Assembly (NCBI GenBank): GCA_041658765.1
Contig: JBAZZO010000013.1
Coordinates: 4,742 to 68,741 of the forward strand
Reading direction: 5' to 3'
Length of the DNA: 64,000 bases
Source: Coriobacteriia bacterium
Lineage (GTDB): Bacteria > Actinomycetota > Coriobacteriia > Anaerosomatales > JBAZZO01
Shown here: positions 1-8,276 of the stretch, in pieces
Layout: every line of letters begins with the position of its first letter
How positions within the stretch are numbered: position 1 is the stretch's first letter
Position numbers and translations under genes: made by a program
The notes under the pieces: model-generated
Databases searched by the model: none
What the model was told of the DNA's origin: nothing
What the model saw: the letters and a program-made list of their open reading frames with translations, nothing else

Positions 1-266
1 AGTGAGTCGAAGTCCACGTCGACGGTTGCCGCAAGGCTGAGGAGCTTGTCCAGCTGGTGGGTCTTCTTGAAGGCGGTCGACTTGTATGCCAAGTAGGCTT
101 TCAGGGTCTTCTCTGCCGCCTGCTGATGATGGAACGCTGCTGCGTCCAAGTAGCTGGGGTCACAGCCTTCTTCATCGTCGCCCGGCTCGAGACGCTCCGC
201 GGCCTTGCGGTCCATCGAAGCCTTGGCGAGCCAGCAATCGACGAGCTCACGCAGGGCCTCATCCAT
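1..266 (-). CDS. HEPN domain protein, truncated by window edge (partner of adjacent nucleotidyltransferase)
   Basis: Own minus-strand translation from ATG at 266: MDEALRELVDCWLAKASMDRKAAERL...AAFHHQQAAEKTLKAYLAYKSTAFKKTHQLDKLL. Helical HEPN-like pattern. Overlaps the stop of the upstream MNT gene by 8 nt. Runs off the window, so it is absent from the ORF track. Confidence 0.6.
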   Translation of the reverse strand, partial: MDEALRELVDCWLAKASMDRKAAERLEPGDDEEGCDPSYLDAAAFHHQQAAEKTLKAYLAYKSTAFKKTHQLDKLLSLAATVDVDFDS

Positions 267-624
267 ACAGCAACCGGCCCTCGGTCGCCACCTCGTGCTC
301 GAGCGAGGTTTCGAGCCCTTTCATTCGCTCGAAGCGCTCCACGGTCGTGACGATGACGTCCTTCGAGATGCCCAGCCCGCGGAGCGCCCGATAGGCGCGC
401 CGGATCCTCGGGAGCGGCCGCTCTTGGCGCGACGGCATGACCACGAAGAAGTCGTAGTCGCTGTCGGGCGAGGCGTCTCCACGAGCTCGTGAGCCGAAGA
501 GATAGACGCTGGTAGGACTCAGCTCGACAACGAGGCGGTGTGTCGCCTCTTCGAGGACTGCGTCGTCATGACTCGTGTCCAATTCGACCCCTTGGCTTGC
601 CTGCCTCCTACAGTATATCCGCAA
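259..624 (-). CDS. MNT-type nucleotidyltransferase (HEPN/MNT module)
   Basis: Pol-beta-fold NTase motif LFGSRARGDASPDSDYDFFVV. Start uncertain: the track start at 624 is TTG, and an in-frame TTG at 582 is also possible. Confidence 0.75.
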   Translation of the reverse strand: MRIYCRRQASQGVELDTSHDDAVLEEATHRLVVELSPTSVYLFGSRARGDASPDSDYDFFVVMPSRQERPLPRIRRAYRALRGLGISKDVIVTTVERFERMKGLETSLEHEVATEGRLLYG

Positions 625-698
625 TCATCGCTACGAGCGGAGCGGCACGGACGCGCAAGAAGGGCCGGACCTCTCGGCCCGACCCTTCGTCATCGCTA

Positions 699-774
699 TG
701 GTGGCCAGAGACGGACTTGAACCGCCGACACGGGGATTTTCAGTCCCCTGCTCTACCAACTGAGCTACCTGGCC
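699..774 (-). tRNA. tRNA-Phe (anticodon GAA), CCA encoded
   Basis: The reverse complement reads GGCCAGGTAGCTCAGTTGGTAGAGCAGGGGACTGAAAATCCCCGTGTCGGCGGTTCAAGTCCGTCTCTGGCCACCA. Cloverleaf stems pair. The anticodon loop is CTGAAAA. Confidence 0.9.
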
Positions 775-840
775 GTGGTGATGGGTAATGGTACCCGCGG
801 CCGCTCGCGAGGGTCAAGCCGTTGTCTCTCTGCGTGACGT

Positions 841-860
841 GGTATACACTCGGTATACAC
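841..860 (+). promoter_or_regulatory. Tandem GGTATACAC direct repeat (each containing palindromic GTATAC) upstream of the AbrB-type antitoxin; candidate operator
   Basis: ggtatacac at 841-849 and 852-860, about 20 bp upstream of the ATG at 879. It is locally AT-rich in a GC-rich context. Confidence 0.4.
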
Positions 861-878
861 GATATCGGGGAGCCATCC

Positions 879-1142
879 ATGAAGGTCAAGGCGCGCAAGG
901 TAGGCAACAGCCTCACGATCACGATCCCGCGGGATGTCGTCATGGAGATGGACATCTCCGAGGACACGGACATGAACGTCTTCGTCCGTGAAGGCGCGGT
1001 CGTGATGGAGCCGGTGACGTCCCGGTGGGACCGCCTCATCACCCGCGTCCGCGCACAGGCCGCTGAGCGTGGGCTCACGGAAGCCGACGTCACCGAAGCC
1101 GTGGCCGACCTGCGCGGGCGGGACGACGACACGTCGCGATGA
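879..1142 (+). CDS. AbrB/MazE/SpoVT-family antitoxin
   Basis: MKVKARKVGNSLTITIPRDVV is a SpoVT-AbrB swapped-hairpin signature. GGGGAG lies upstream of the ATG at 879. The stop overlaps the PIN gene start (ATGA). Confidence 0.7.
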   Translation: MKVKARKVGNSLTITIPRDVVMEMDISEDTDMNVFVREGAVVMEPVTSRWDRLITRVRAQAAERGLTEADVTEAVADLRGRDDDTSR

Positions 1143-1546
1143 CGCGGCTCAGGGTCCTCTTCGACACCAACGTGCTGATCTCCGCCGTCCTGTTCGGCGG
1201 AGTGCCCGGGGAGATCGTCGACGCCGCGCGTGACGGCGCGATCGATGGCGTAGTGTCGCTCCACATCCTCGGCGAGCTGCGTGAGGTCCTGACGCGCGAG
1301 CGGTTCGGCGTCGACGAAGTCATCGCCGACGCCCTCGTCGAGGAGATCGCCGAGTCCTTCGAGGTCACTATGGTGGAACGAGCCTCAGCCGGCTGGAGCG
1401 CGGACCCGGACGACGACCCCGTGGTGGAGGCGGCCCTACTCTCGGGCGTCTCGCACGTCGTCACCGGAGACCGGCACCTGCTGGCCCTCGTCGTCCGCGA
1501 TGTGCTCTTCGTGACGCCCGGTGAGATGCTCGCACTTCTGCGCTAG
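1139..1546 (+). CDS. PIN-domain toxin (PIN_3-like)
   Basis: LFDTNVLISAVL at the N-terminus, and DPDDDPVVEAALLSGVSHVVTGDRHLL matches acidic PIN residues. 4-nt overlap with the antitoxin. Confidence 0.8.
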   Translation: MTRLRVLFDTNVLISAVLFGGVPGEIVDAARDGAIDGVVSLHILGELREVLTRERFGVDEVIADALVEEIAESFEVTMVERASAGWSADPDDDPVVEAALLSGVSHVVTGDRHLLALVVRDVLFVTPGEMLALLR

Positions 1547-1548
1547 GG

Positions 1549-1935
1549 CTACCCGCCCACGCGCTGCGAACCGCGCGCGGCCATCCCCCACACGAAGACG
1601 AACGCCCACAGCGCCCACGGCGCGAGCACCCACCGCGCGACGGTCGCGCTCAGGGCCGCGTCGGCCTTCTTGAGCGCCCAGGTACCGAACACGGCGGCGG
1701 CGAGCATCCCGGCCATCGCGAGCAGCGCGATCACCGTGTGCAGGCTCTTCTCGAACCCGCCGATCTGAAGCGCCATCATCGTCGTGGCCAGCACGTCGAA
1801 GAAGAAGCCGACCCACAGCAGGATCGCGTGCTTGCGCGCGACCCCCTTCGCGCGGAAGGCCCCCCACGCGCCCATCGAGTAGAGCACGAGCGCCACGACC
1901 ACGGACAAGACGCCTACCAGGATGTTGACGGGCAT
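1549..1935 (-). CDS. Small integral membrane protein (about 4 TM), function unknown
   Basis: 128 aa with four hydrophobic segments and coding-like codon usage. Convergent with the PIN gene, with a 2-bp gap. Confidence 0.55.
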   Translation of the reverse strand: MPVNILVGVLSVVVALVLYSMGAWGAFRAKGVARKHAILLWVGFFFDVLATTMMALQIGGFEKSLHTVIALLAMAGMLAAAVFGTWALKKADAALSATVARWVLAPWALWAFVFVWGMAARGSQRVGG

Positions 1936-1986
1936 TCGATCCCCCTTCGTCGACCTGACTCACCGGACCGTCGATGACACTGTACG

Positions 1987-2355
1987 TCAGTAAGACGCCA
2001 TGTTCACGCACTCGAGCATCGCCTCGACCACCTTCGCCGCTCCGCCGACGAAGACACCCTCGCGCAGGTCCTCCTCCGCGATGCCGCGCTCGAGCATGCA
2101 CGGCGAGCACACCATCACCGAGCAGCCGGCCTCGATGATCCCGGCGAGCATCGGCTCGAGCGGCTGAAGGCCCTTTGCCGCGATACGCTCGGCGAAGCCC
2201 TTCACGCCGAGCCGCACTCCCTCGCCCTGCAGGATGACGAGCGGCTCGACGTCCATCGCGAGCGCCATCGTCGCGATCATGAACGGCAGCGTCGCTTTCT
2301 CCGGATCGTCCTCCGCCTTCGTCACGATGAAACCGATCCTGCGCTTCTCCGTCAT
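1987..2355 (-). CDS. DsrE/DsrF-like sulfur-relay family protein
   Basis: About 120 aa: RIGFIVTKAEDDPEKATLPFMIA...GCSVMVCSPCM. This matches DsrE-family size and Cys placement. Confidence 0.7.
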   Translation of the reverse strand: MTEKRRIGFIVTKAEDDPEKATLPFMIATMALAMDVEPLVILQGEGVRLGVKGFAERIAAKGLQPLEPMLAGIIEAGCSVMVCSPCMLERGIAEEDLREGVFVGGAAKVVEAMLECVNMASY

Positions 2356-3392
2356 AGTCCCTCCTTCTCGCCACCGAGTCCCCTTCGGACCATGAACTCC
2401 ACCAGGGGCGCCATGTTCGTCGGCACGAACCGCGTGCCGGGATGCATCGACGGCCAGACGCGGAAGACCTCGTCGACGAACCCCTGACCCACCTCATCCA
2501 CACCCGAGAAATCGACCTCGACCTCGGTGAAGCGCTCGAGCCCTTCGAGCAGGCGCCGCGCCTCGCTGCGGGAGACGAACCCCGGCCCGGTCGCGAACAG
2601 CTTCACGACGGGGCGGGTCTTGTTGAAGACGAAGCCCTCCGAGAACCGCGCGAACACGTCGGAGAGGGCGCGGATCGTCTCGGGATCCACGACGCACACG
2701 ACACGCGTCCCGCGCGAGCGAGGCACGCCGCCCACCGACTGGTCGCCGATGCGATTATCCACCGTCCAGCGAATCCCGTCCGATGAGAGCTGGAAGACGT
2801 CGACCGCCTTCGATGTGAAGAAGATGCCTTCGCCGGTGTGGTTGACGGGATCGGTGGTGCGCTTGCCCTTCGTCAGCTCCTGGATCGCCGCAAGGTCGTC
2901 GGGCAGGCCAAGGCCTTCGCGCAAGCGGGCGAAGACACCGATCCCGTCGTCGGCGACCTCGAAAGCGAACGCGTCCGGCGTCTTCCACCACCGGACGGTC
3001 GCGGTGGCCGCCCCGGAGTGGTCGATGGCGTTGTTGAGCATCTCGTCGAAGGCGTACTGGAGGACTCGTCCCGCCGACGTCGTCGTGTCGAGACCGAGAT
3101 CGCGCGCTACGTCCTGCCACACCAGGTGTTCCTCGAGTCCCGCCAGCGCGACGGTCCGCTCCCAGAGCGGCGCACCGAACCTCGCCACAGCGTCCGCCGC
3201 CTGACGGGAGGCGCGACCCGCTAGCGCCCGTTCGGCCTCGGCGAGGTCGAAGACCCGATGGCCGCCCGGGGTGCGTTCGAGGGGAATGACCCCGGCATCG
3301 GCGAGTTGGCGCACGCGGCTGACCGAAAGGCCGAGCCGCCGAGCCACGACACCGATGCGAACGGTATTTTCGGAGCGTGACACGTCGCGCAC
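2352..3392 (-). CDS. HTH (MerR/excisionase-type) + GHKL ATPase-like + DUF4325/STAS-like protein
   Basis: N-terminus IGVVARRLGLSVSRVRQLADAGVI (HTH). Middle EMLNNAIDHS...VADDGIGV...GEGIFF (HATPase_c N and G boxes). C-terminus VEVDFSGVDEVGQGFVDEVFRV (DUF4325-like). Confidence 0.65.
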   Translation of the reverse strand: MRDVSRSENTVRIGVVARRLGLSVSRVRQLADAGVIPLERTPGGHRVFDLAEAERALAGRASRQAADAVARFGAPLWERTVALAGLEEHLVWQDVARDLGLDTTTSAGRVLQYAFDEMLNNAIDHSGAATATVRWWKTPDAFAFEVADDGIGVFARLREGLGLPDDLAAIQELTKGKRTTDPVNHTGEGIFFTSKAVDVFQLSSDGIRWTVDNRIGDQSVGGVPRSRGTRVVCVVDPETIRALSDVFARFSEGFVFNKTRPVVKLFATGPGFVSRSEARRLLEGLERFTEVEVDFSGVDEVGQGFVDEVFRVWPSMHPGTRFVPTNMAPLVEFMVRRGLGGEKEGL

Positions 3393-3546
3393 CTCCCCGG
3401 AGAGTAATCTACAATGCGCTATAGATTATGGCACCTGGATTCTCCGAAATCTACACCGTGTGTATCCCGTGTGTATGTTCGTCCACTCCCGCGTGGCCAC
3501 GCACTGCTCTACAATCGTGGAGGAGCCGACGACGGAGGGTGGCGAC

Positions 3547-4059
3547 ATGGAGGAACCGAGCGGCGCTGAAGAGGCGCTCGAGCGGTCGCGGCGAGAGACG
3601 CGCGCCGCGTTCGAGAACCGCGCGCTCATGTACTTCTACCTCTACGACGAGCTCACCGGGACGCTCGGGGCGCAGCGCGCCGCCGAGGTGATGAAGAAAG
3701 CGATACACCGGCGGGGCCTCCAGGTGGGCGCCAAATACCGGCCGGCGGCCGAGGCGGGCGACCTCGACGAGGTCGGGCGCATCTTCTGCGAGGACTCGGC
3801 GTGCGCCGGCGAGCTCTTCCGCCCGGGCGTCGAAGTCCGCGACGAGGAGAGCGTCGTGCTCAGCATGCGCGCGTGCCCTCTCGTCGACGCATGGCGGCGG
3901 CTGAGGCTCTCCCCCGACGAGATCGACACGCTGTGCTCCATCGCGGCCGCCGTCGACGAGGGCACGTTCGAGGGAGCGGGACTGCGCCTGGAGTTCCTCG
4001 ACAGGATCGGGAAGCCCGGCTCGGAGCGCTGCCTGCTCGAGCTCCGGCTCCCGGGGTAG
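3547..4059 (+). CDS. L-2-amino-thiazoline-4-carboxylic acid hydrolase family protein
   Basis: RAAFENRALMYFYLYDEL...MRACPLVDAWRRLRLSPDEIDTLCSIAAAVDEG...ERCLLELR resembles that family. Start chosen at ATG 3547, because the upstream part of the track ORF looks non-coding. Confidence 0.55.
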   Translation: MEEPSGAEEALERSRRETRAAFENRALMYFYLYDELTGTLGAQRAAEVMKKAIHRRGLQVGAKYRPAAEAGDLDEVGRIFCEDSACAGELFRPGVEVRDEESVVLSMRACPLVDAWRRLRLSPDEIDTLCSIAAAVDEGTFEGAGLRLEFLDRIGKPGSERCLLELRLPG

Positions 4060-4098
4060 GATAGGGATACCGGCACTTAGAAGCGGAAGGGGTCCGCC

Positions 4099-4764
4099 AT
4101 GGCACAGGAACGGCAGCGCTACGCGCTCCAGACCATCTTCTCCTTCTTCCTGGGGATAATGGTCACCGCGTTCATCGGGGTCGGGGTCAACACGTTCTAT
4201 CCGGCCCCCGATCAGACGTACCAGGAGGAACTTCAGAACCTGAACCGCAAGCAGGAAGACATCGACGCGCTTCGCTCCGGCAAGGAGGGCACTCTCACGC
4301 CCGCGGAGCAGAAGCAGTTACAGCAGATCCGCGACGACATCCGCAAGGTCGAGGACAAGCGCAACGCGCAGCAGAAGGTGTGGGCGCGCAACACGAGCAT
4401 CATCGTCATCCTCTTCGCGACGATCGTGATGGCGCTGTCGCTGATACGCAGCGAGCAACTCAAGGTGATATCGAACGGGTTGCTGCTCGGAGGCGTCTTC
4501 ACGATGGTCTACGGCACCGGATGGGTCATCTTCAGCGGCGAGTCGACGAGCCGCTTCTTCGTGATGGTCTTCGCTCTCGCCGTGACCGTCGGACTCGGCT
4601 ACGTGAAGTTCGTGCGCGGCCGGCAGCCGCAAGTGGTGCCGGCGGGCGCGGCGTTCGCGCTCGACGACGCGGCGATGGCTGGGCTGGCGGCGCGACTCGA
4701 TTCGCTCGAGGCTCGCGCGGCCGCGGCGGCCGCGGCGCTAGGCGCGGGACCGGACACCGAGTAG
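4099..4764 (+). CDS. Membrane protein with cytoplasmic coiled-coil segment, unknown function
   Basis: TM helices at the N-terminus and in the centre. There is a charged QEELQNLNRKQEDIDALR segment and an Ala-rich C-terminus. Confidence 0.5.
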   Translation: MAQERQRYALQTIFSFFLGIMVTAFIGVGVNTFYPAPDQTYQEELQNLNRKQEDIDALRSGKEGTLTPAEQKQLQQIRDDIRKVEDKRNAQQKVWARNTSIIVILFATIVMALSLIRSEQLKVISNGLLLGGVFTMVYGTGWVIFSGESTSRFFVMVFALAVTVGLGYVKFVRGRQPQVVPAGAAFALDDAAMAGLAARLDSLEARAAAAAAALGAGPDTE

Positions 4765-4776
4765 CCGATCGCGCCG

Positions 4777-5784
4777 CTAGTGCACGATGACGACGGGCGT
4801 CCCGATGGAGACCAGCGGGAAGAGTTCCTCGACGTCGTGGCGGAGCATCCGCATGCAGCCGTGACTCGCCGCGTGGCCGATGGAGCTCACCTTCGACGTG
4901 CCGTGGATGCGGATCCCCGAGATGCTCAGGTAGATCGCGCGCGTACCGAGCGGGTTGCGCGGACCCGGCGCGATGTAGCGCGGCATGTTCGACGCCCATC
5001 CGCTTCCAGGGTTCCCCCACGACGGGTTGGCGCGCTTCGCGACGACGCGGAACGAGCCCGTCGGCGTCGGGTACCGCGGCATGCCGATCGCGCACCGGTA
5101 GGTGCGCTCGACGGCCGTGCCGCGATAGAGGCGGATGCGCCGCTCGGAGAGATCGACGAGGATCGCACGCCCGAGACCCGCCTCGGTCACGCGAGGGCGG
5201 ACACGAGCGACGGGGACGACGACCGTCGGCTGGACGCCGCCGGTCGCGGTCGAAGCGCGCAGCGCGCGGGTGATGGAGGCGGCGCCGGTGCGGCGATCGG
5301 TGCGCCGTCCCTCGGCCGAGCGCGTGAAGAGGAAGCGGGATCCGCGCAACACGCGAGCGGCGTTGCGCGCGGTGCGGTCGACGCGGGCGGCGACGGTGGC
5401 GAGCCACGCGTTGACGCGCGTCGCGCTCACCGTGTAGCGCGGCGAGAGATCGAAGGCTTCGCTCGTCTCTCTCGAAGCGTACGCGTCCGCGAGCATCGCC
5501 TCGACGTCCACGCTGACCGCGGTCGCCGCGTCGAAGGTGAAGGCGACGCCGTTCGCGCGCACCGACAGCGGCGGCAGGACAGGCATCACCACAGCGGAGG
5601 CGATCGCCGAGCGAGCATCCGCCTCGGTCATCCCGAGGAGGTGGACGCCGCCCACGATCGCGTCGTTGGGGACCGGCCCGCGGTCCGTCGCGGAGGTGGT
5701 CGCGAGCGCGGGCACGGCGCCGAAGGCGAGCGCCACGACCGTGGCGAGCGCGACGAACGCGTGGGAGATGTGGCGTGCCTTCAC
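4777..5784 (-). CDS. L,D-transpeptidase (YkuD family), secreted
   Basis: Signal peptide MKARHISHAFVALATVVALAFGAVPALA. Catalytic motif IRIHGTSKVSSIGHAASHGCMRM. Confidence 0.85.
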   Translation of the reverse strand: MKARHISHAFVALATVVALAFGAVPALATTSATDRGPVPNDAIVGGVHLLGMTEADARSAIASAVVMPVLPPLSVRANGVAFTFDAATAVSVDVEAMLADAYASRETSEAFDLSPRYTVSATRVNAWLATVAARVDRTARNAARVLRGSRFLFTRSAEGRRTDRRTGAASITRALRASTATGGVQPTVVVPVARVRPRVTEAGLGRAILVDLSERRIRLYRGTAVERTYRCAIGMPRYPTPTGSFRVVAKRANPSWGNPGSGWASNMPRYIAPGPRNPLGTRAIYLSISGIRIHGTSKVSSIGHAASHGCMRMLRHDVEELFPLVSIGTPVVIVH

Positions 5785-5845
5785 TTGCGGCCTCCGGTGA
5801 CGCGAGGGAGAACGGGCTTCACCGGAGCAGTATACGGACGTAGGG

Positions 5846-6331
5846 CTATCGCGGAAAGGACTGCTGGTCGCGGCGCTCTCGGAGCATGCGTTCGAGAGCC
5901 GTGACGAAGCGCTCGCGGTCCTCGTCGTCGAAGGGGGACGGCCCGCCGGTGCGCCCTCCCGCGCGCCGGTGGCGCTGCTCCGCGTGACGGACGGCGAGCT
6001 CGGCGTCGATGGTCGCGACGTGGAAGACGCGGCCGCGCACGCTCAGCGCGCCCGCCCCGCGCCCGAGCGCCATCGCGGCGAGGCCGATGTCCTGCGTCAC
6101 GACGACGTCGTCGGGGGCCAGGCGCTCGACCACGGCGAAGTCGGCCGCATCACGGCCCCCCGACACCTGGACCGCCTCGACGCCCGGCCGACTCGCATAG
6201 CGTGAGAGGTTCTGCGTCGCGTTCGCCACGAGGACGACATCGACCCCGAGCGGCCGCGCGACCGAGATCGCCTCGCGGGTGACGGGGCACGCGTCGGCGT
6301 CGATGAAGAGGCGGGTCGTACTGGTGGACAT
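5846..6331 (-). CDS. YaiI/YqxD family protein (DUF188)
   Basis: STSTTRLFIDADACPVTREAI matches the DUF188 N-terminal signature. Start taken at ATG 6331. Confidence 0.7.
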   Translation of the reverse strand: MSTSTTRLFIDADACPVTREAISVARPLGVDVVLVANATQNLSRYASRPGVEAVQVSGGRDAADFAVVERLAPDDVVVTQDIGLAAMALGRGAGALSVRGRVFHVATIDAELAVRHAEQRHRRAGGRTGGPSPFDDEDRERFVTALERMLRERRDQQSFPR

Positions 6332-6392
6332 TCGGCCCTCCTTAGACGGCACGAGCATAGTCGCCTGCGAGCAGGGGGACAACGTGCGACTC

Positions 6393-6443
6393 TTGACAAC
6401 GACTCAGACCATTGAGATAAATAACTCACTCGTCTGAGTTATT
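6393..6443 (+). promoter_or_regulatory. Sigma70-like promoter (TTGACA-N18-ATAAAT) followed by a 9-bp inverted repeat
   Basis: TTGACA at 6393-6398 and ATAAAT at 6417-6422. Inverted repeat aataactca/tgagttatt at 6420-6428 and 6435-6443. AT-rich island just upstream of the ATPase gene. Confidence 0.45.
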
Positions 6444-6462
6444 ATTGCTGAGGAGAGTGTCC

Positions 6463-7656
6463 ATGTACGAGCGGAAGACCAACGCCGTGCTTCTGGCCCG
6501 CCTAGGTGAACCGAGGCGATTCATCCAGGTAGTGCTCGGCCCGCGCCAAGTGGGCAAGACGACTTCCGTTAGGCAGGTCCTCGAGAAGCTGGAGATGCCA
6601 TTCCACTACGCCACGGCCGACACGGCCACACTCCAATCGGGAGCATGGCTGGAGGAGCAGTGGGCAACGGCGCGGCGACTGCACGCGGACAGCGGTGGAC
6701 CGGTCGTGCTCGCGATCGACGAGATCCAGAAGGTCGGCGATTGGTCGGCATGGGTCAAACGGTCATGGGACGAGGACTCTTTCGAGGGCCGGGACGTGCG
6801 CGTGGTGCTAACGGGCTCCTCGCCACTGCTCATGCAGCAGGGCTTGAGCGAGAGCCTTGCCGGGCGGTTCGAGACCATCCCTGTCTGGCACTGGACGTGG
6901 TCCGAGTGCCGTGACGCCTTCGGCTGGGACCTCGACACGTTCGTCTTCTTCGGCGGTTATCCAGGCGCGGCGACGCTGAAGGACGACATCGAGCGCTGGC
7001 GAGCGTACGTGCTCGACTCGATCGTCGAGACGACGGTCTCGCGCGACATCCTGCTCATGACCCGCATCGAGAAGCCGGCACTGCTCCGTCGCGTCTTCCA
7101 TCTGGCGTGCGAGTACGCGGGGCGCGAGCTGACCTACGAGAAGATGGTCGGACAGCTCCAAGACGCGGGGAACACGACGACTGTCGCGCACTACCTCGAC
7201 CTGCTCGACGCGGCCGGACTCGTGGTCGGCTTGCAGAAGTACTCCGGTGAGGCTGTCCGCCGCCGGCGTTCCACCCCCAAGCTCGTCGCGCACGATACCG
7301 CACTCGTCAGTGCCGTGTCCGGTCTGACGCCCGGCGAGGCACGTGCTGACGGCGTCGTTTGGGGACGGCTCGTCGAGGCTGCCGTGGGCGCACATCTGTT
7401 GGCTCGAGCGCGCACAAAGCGCAGCAGACTCTATTACTGGCGAGAGAAGCGGGACGGCATCGACGTCGAGGTCGACTTCGTCACGGTGCACGACGGTCAC
7501 GTGACCGGCATCGAGGTGAAGAGCGGCGAGACGATCGGATCGCTCGCCGGCCTGCACGCCTTCCGGGAGACGTTCGGCGACGCGGTGGATACGGTCGTGG
7601 CGGGCACGGGCGGCGTACCGCTGGAGGAATTCCTCGCCGGGGAGTTAGGAACGTAG
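6463..7656 (+). CDS. AAA+ ATPase with DUF4143 C-terminal domain
   Basis: Walker A VLGPRQVGKTT and Walker B VVLAIDEIQ. The length and C-terminus are typical of the AAA_14/DUF4143 family. GAGGAG lies 6 nt before ATG 6463. Confidence 0.8.
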   Translation: MYERKTNAVLLARLGEPRRFIQVVLGPRQVGKTTSVRQVLEKLEMPFHYATADTATLQSGAWLEEQWATARRLHADSGGPVVLAIDEIQKVGDWSAWVKRSWDEDSFEGRDVRVVLTGSSPLLMQQGLSESLAGRFETIPVWHWTWSECRDAFGWDLDTFVFFGGYPGAATLKDDIERWRAYVLDSIVETTVSRDILLMTRIEKPALLRRVFHLACEYAGRELTYEKMVGQLQDAGNTTTVAHYLDLLDAAGLVVGLQKYSGEAVRRRRSTPKLVAHDTALVSAVSGLTPGEARADGVVWGRLVEAAVGAHLLARARTKRSRLYYWREKRDGIDVEVDFVTVHDGHVTGIEVKSGETIGSLAGLHAFRETFGDAVDTVVAGTGGVPLEEFLAGELGT

Positions 7657-7703
7657 CATGCAATGCAGCAAGGCCGCCTCTCGGCGGCCTTGTCGATATC
7701 CTG

Positions 7704-7780
7704 TGGCGGGATGCACGGGACTCGAACCCGCGACCTCTGGCTTGACAGGCCAGCGCTCTAACCAACTGAGCTAGCACCCC
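7704..7780 (-). tRNA. tRNA-Asp (anticodon GTC), CCA encoded
   Basis: The reverse complement reads GGGGTGCTAGCTCAGTTGGTTAGAGCGCTGGCCTGTCAAGCCAGAGGTCGCGGGTTCGAGTCCCGTGCATCCCGCCA. The anticodon loop is CTGTCAA. Confidence 0.88.
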
Positions 7781-7863
7781 GTTCGCGCCGGTCACCTCGG
7801 CGACACAGCGAAGCGATTCTAACGAGCGGCGGGCCGCATGTCCACTTATTACCCTCCCGCAGC

Positions 7864-8262
7864 CTAGCGGCGCCGGAAGAACATCGCCGCGAGCACCGCG
7901 GCGAATGCGGCTCCGAACGCCGCCGCGACGCCGACGCTCGCGCGCGGGTCGAGCAGCACCGTCGAGCCCTCGCCGAGTTCGACCTCGCTCGAGACGACCA
8001 TGCCGACCCAGCCCGAGCGGACCTCCGCGCGGCGTGCGACGAGGGTGCACGCGCAACTCTGCGTCAGCGCCATGTCGCCGCCGGCGATTATGGCGCACGC
8101 CCCGCTGCGCTCGGCCTCCACGTCGTGACGGGCGACCAAGGCGAGAGCGCCGCTCCCCGACATGCGCACGTCGTCGGCGTTCGCCATGACGACGAAACTC
8201 TCGCAGAGGTCCAGCTTCTCGGCCTCGACGGACCGAAAAGTCGTGCTCGCTTCTTCCTCCAT
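7864..8262 (-). CDS. Hypothetical protein with C-terminal membrane anchor
   Basis: Only the last 132 codons of track ORF 7864-8964 look coding (MEEEASTTFRSVEAEKLDL...AAFGAAFAAVLAAMFFRRR). No family recognised. Confidence 0.4.
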   Translation of the reverse strand: MEEEASTTFRSVEAEKLDLCESFVVMANADDVRMSGSGALALVARHDVEAERSGACAIIAGGDMALTQSCACTLVARRAEVRSGWVGMVVSSEVELGEGSTVLLDPRASVGVAAAFGAAFAAVLAAMFFRRR

Positions 8263-8276
8263 GCCATCCTCCTCGA

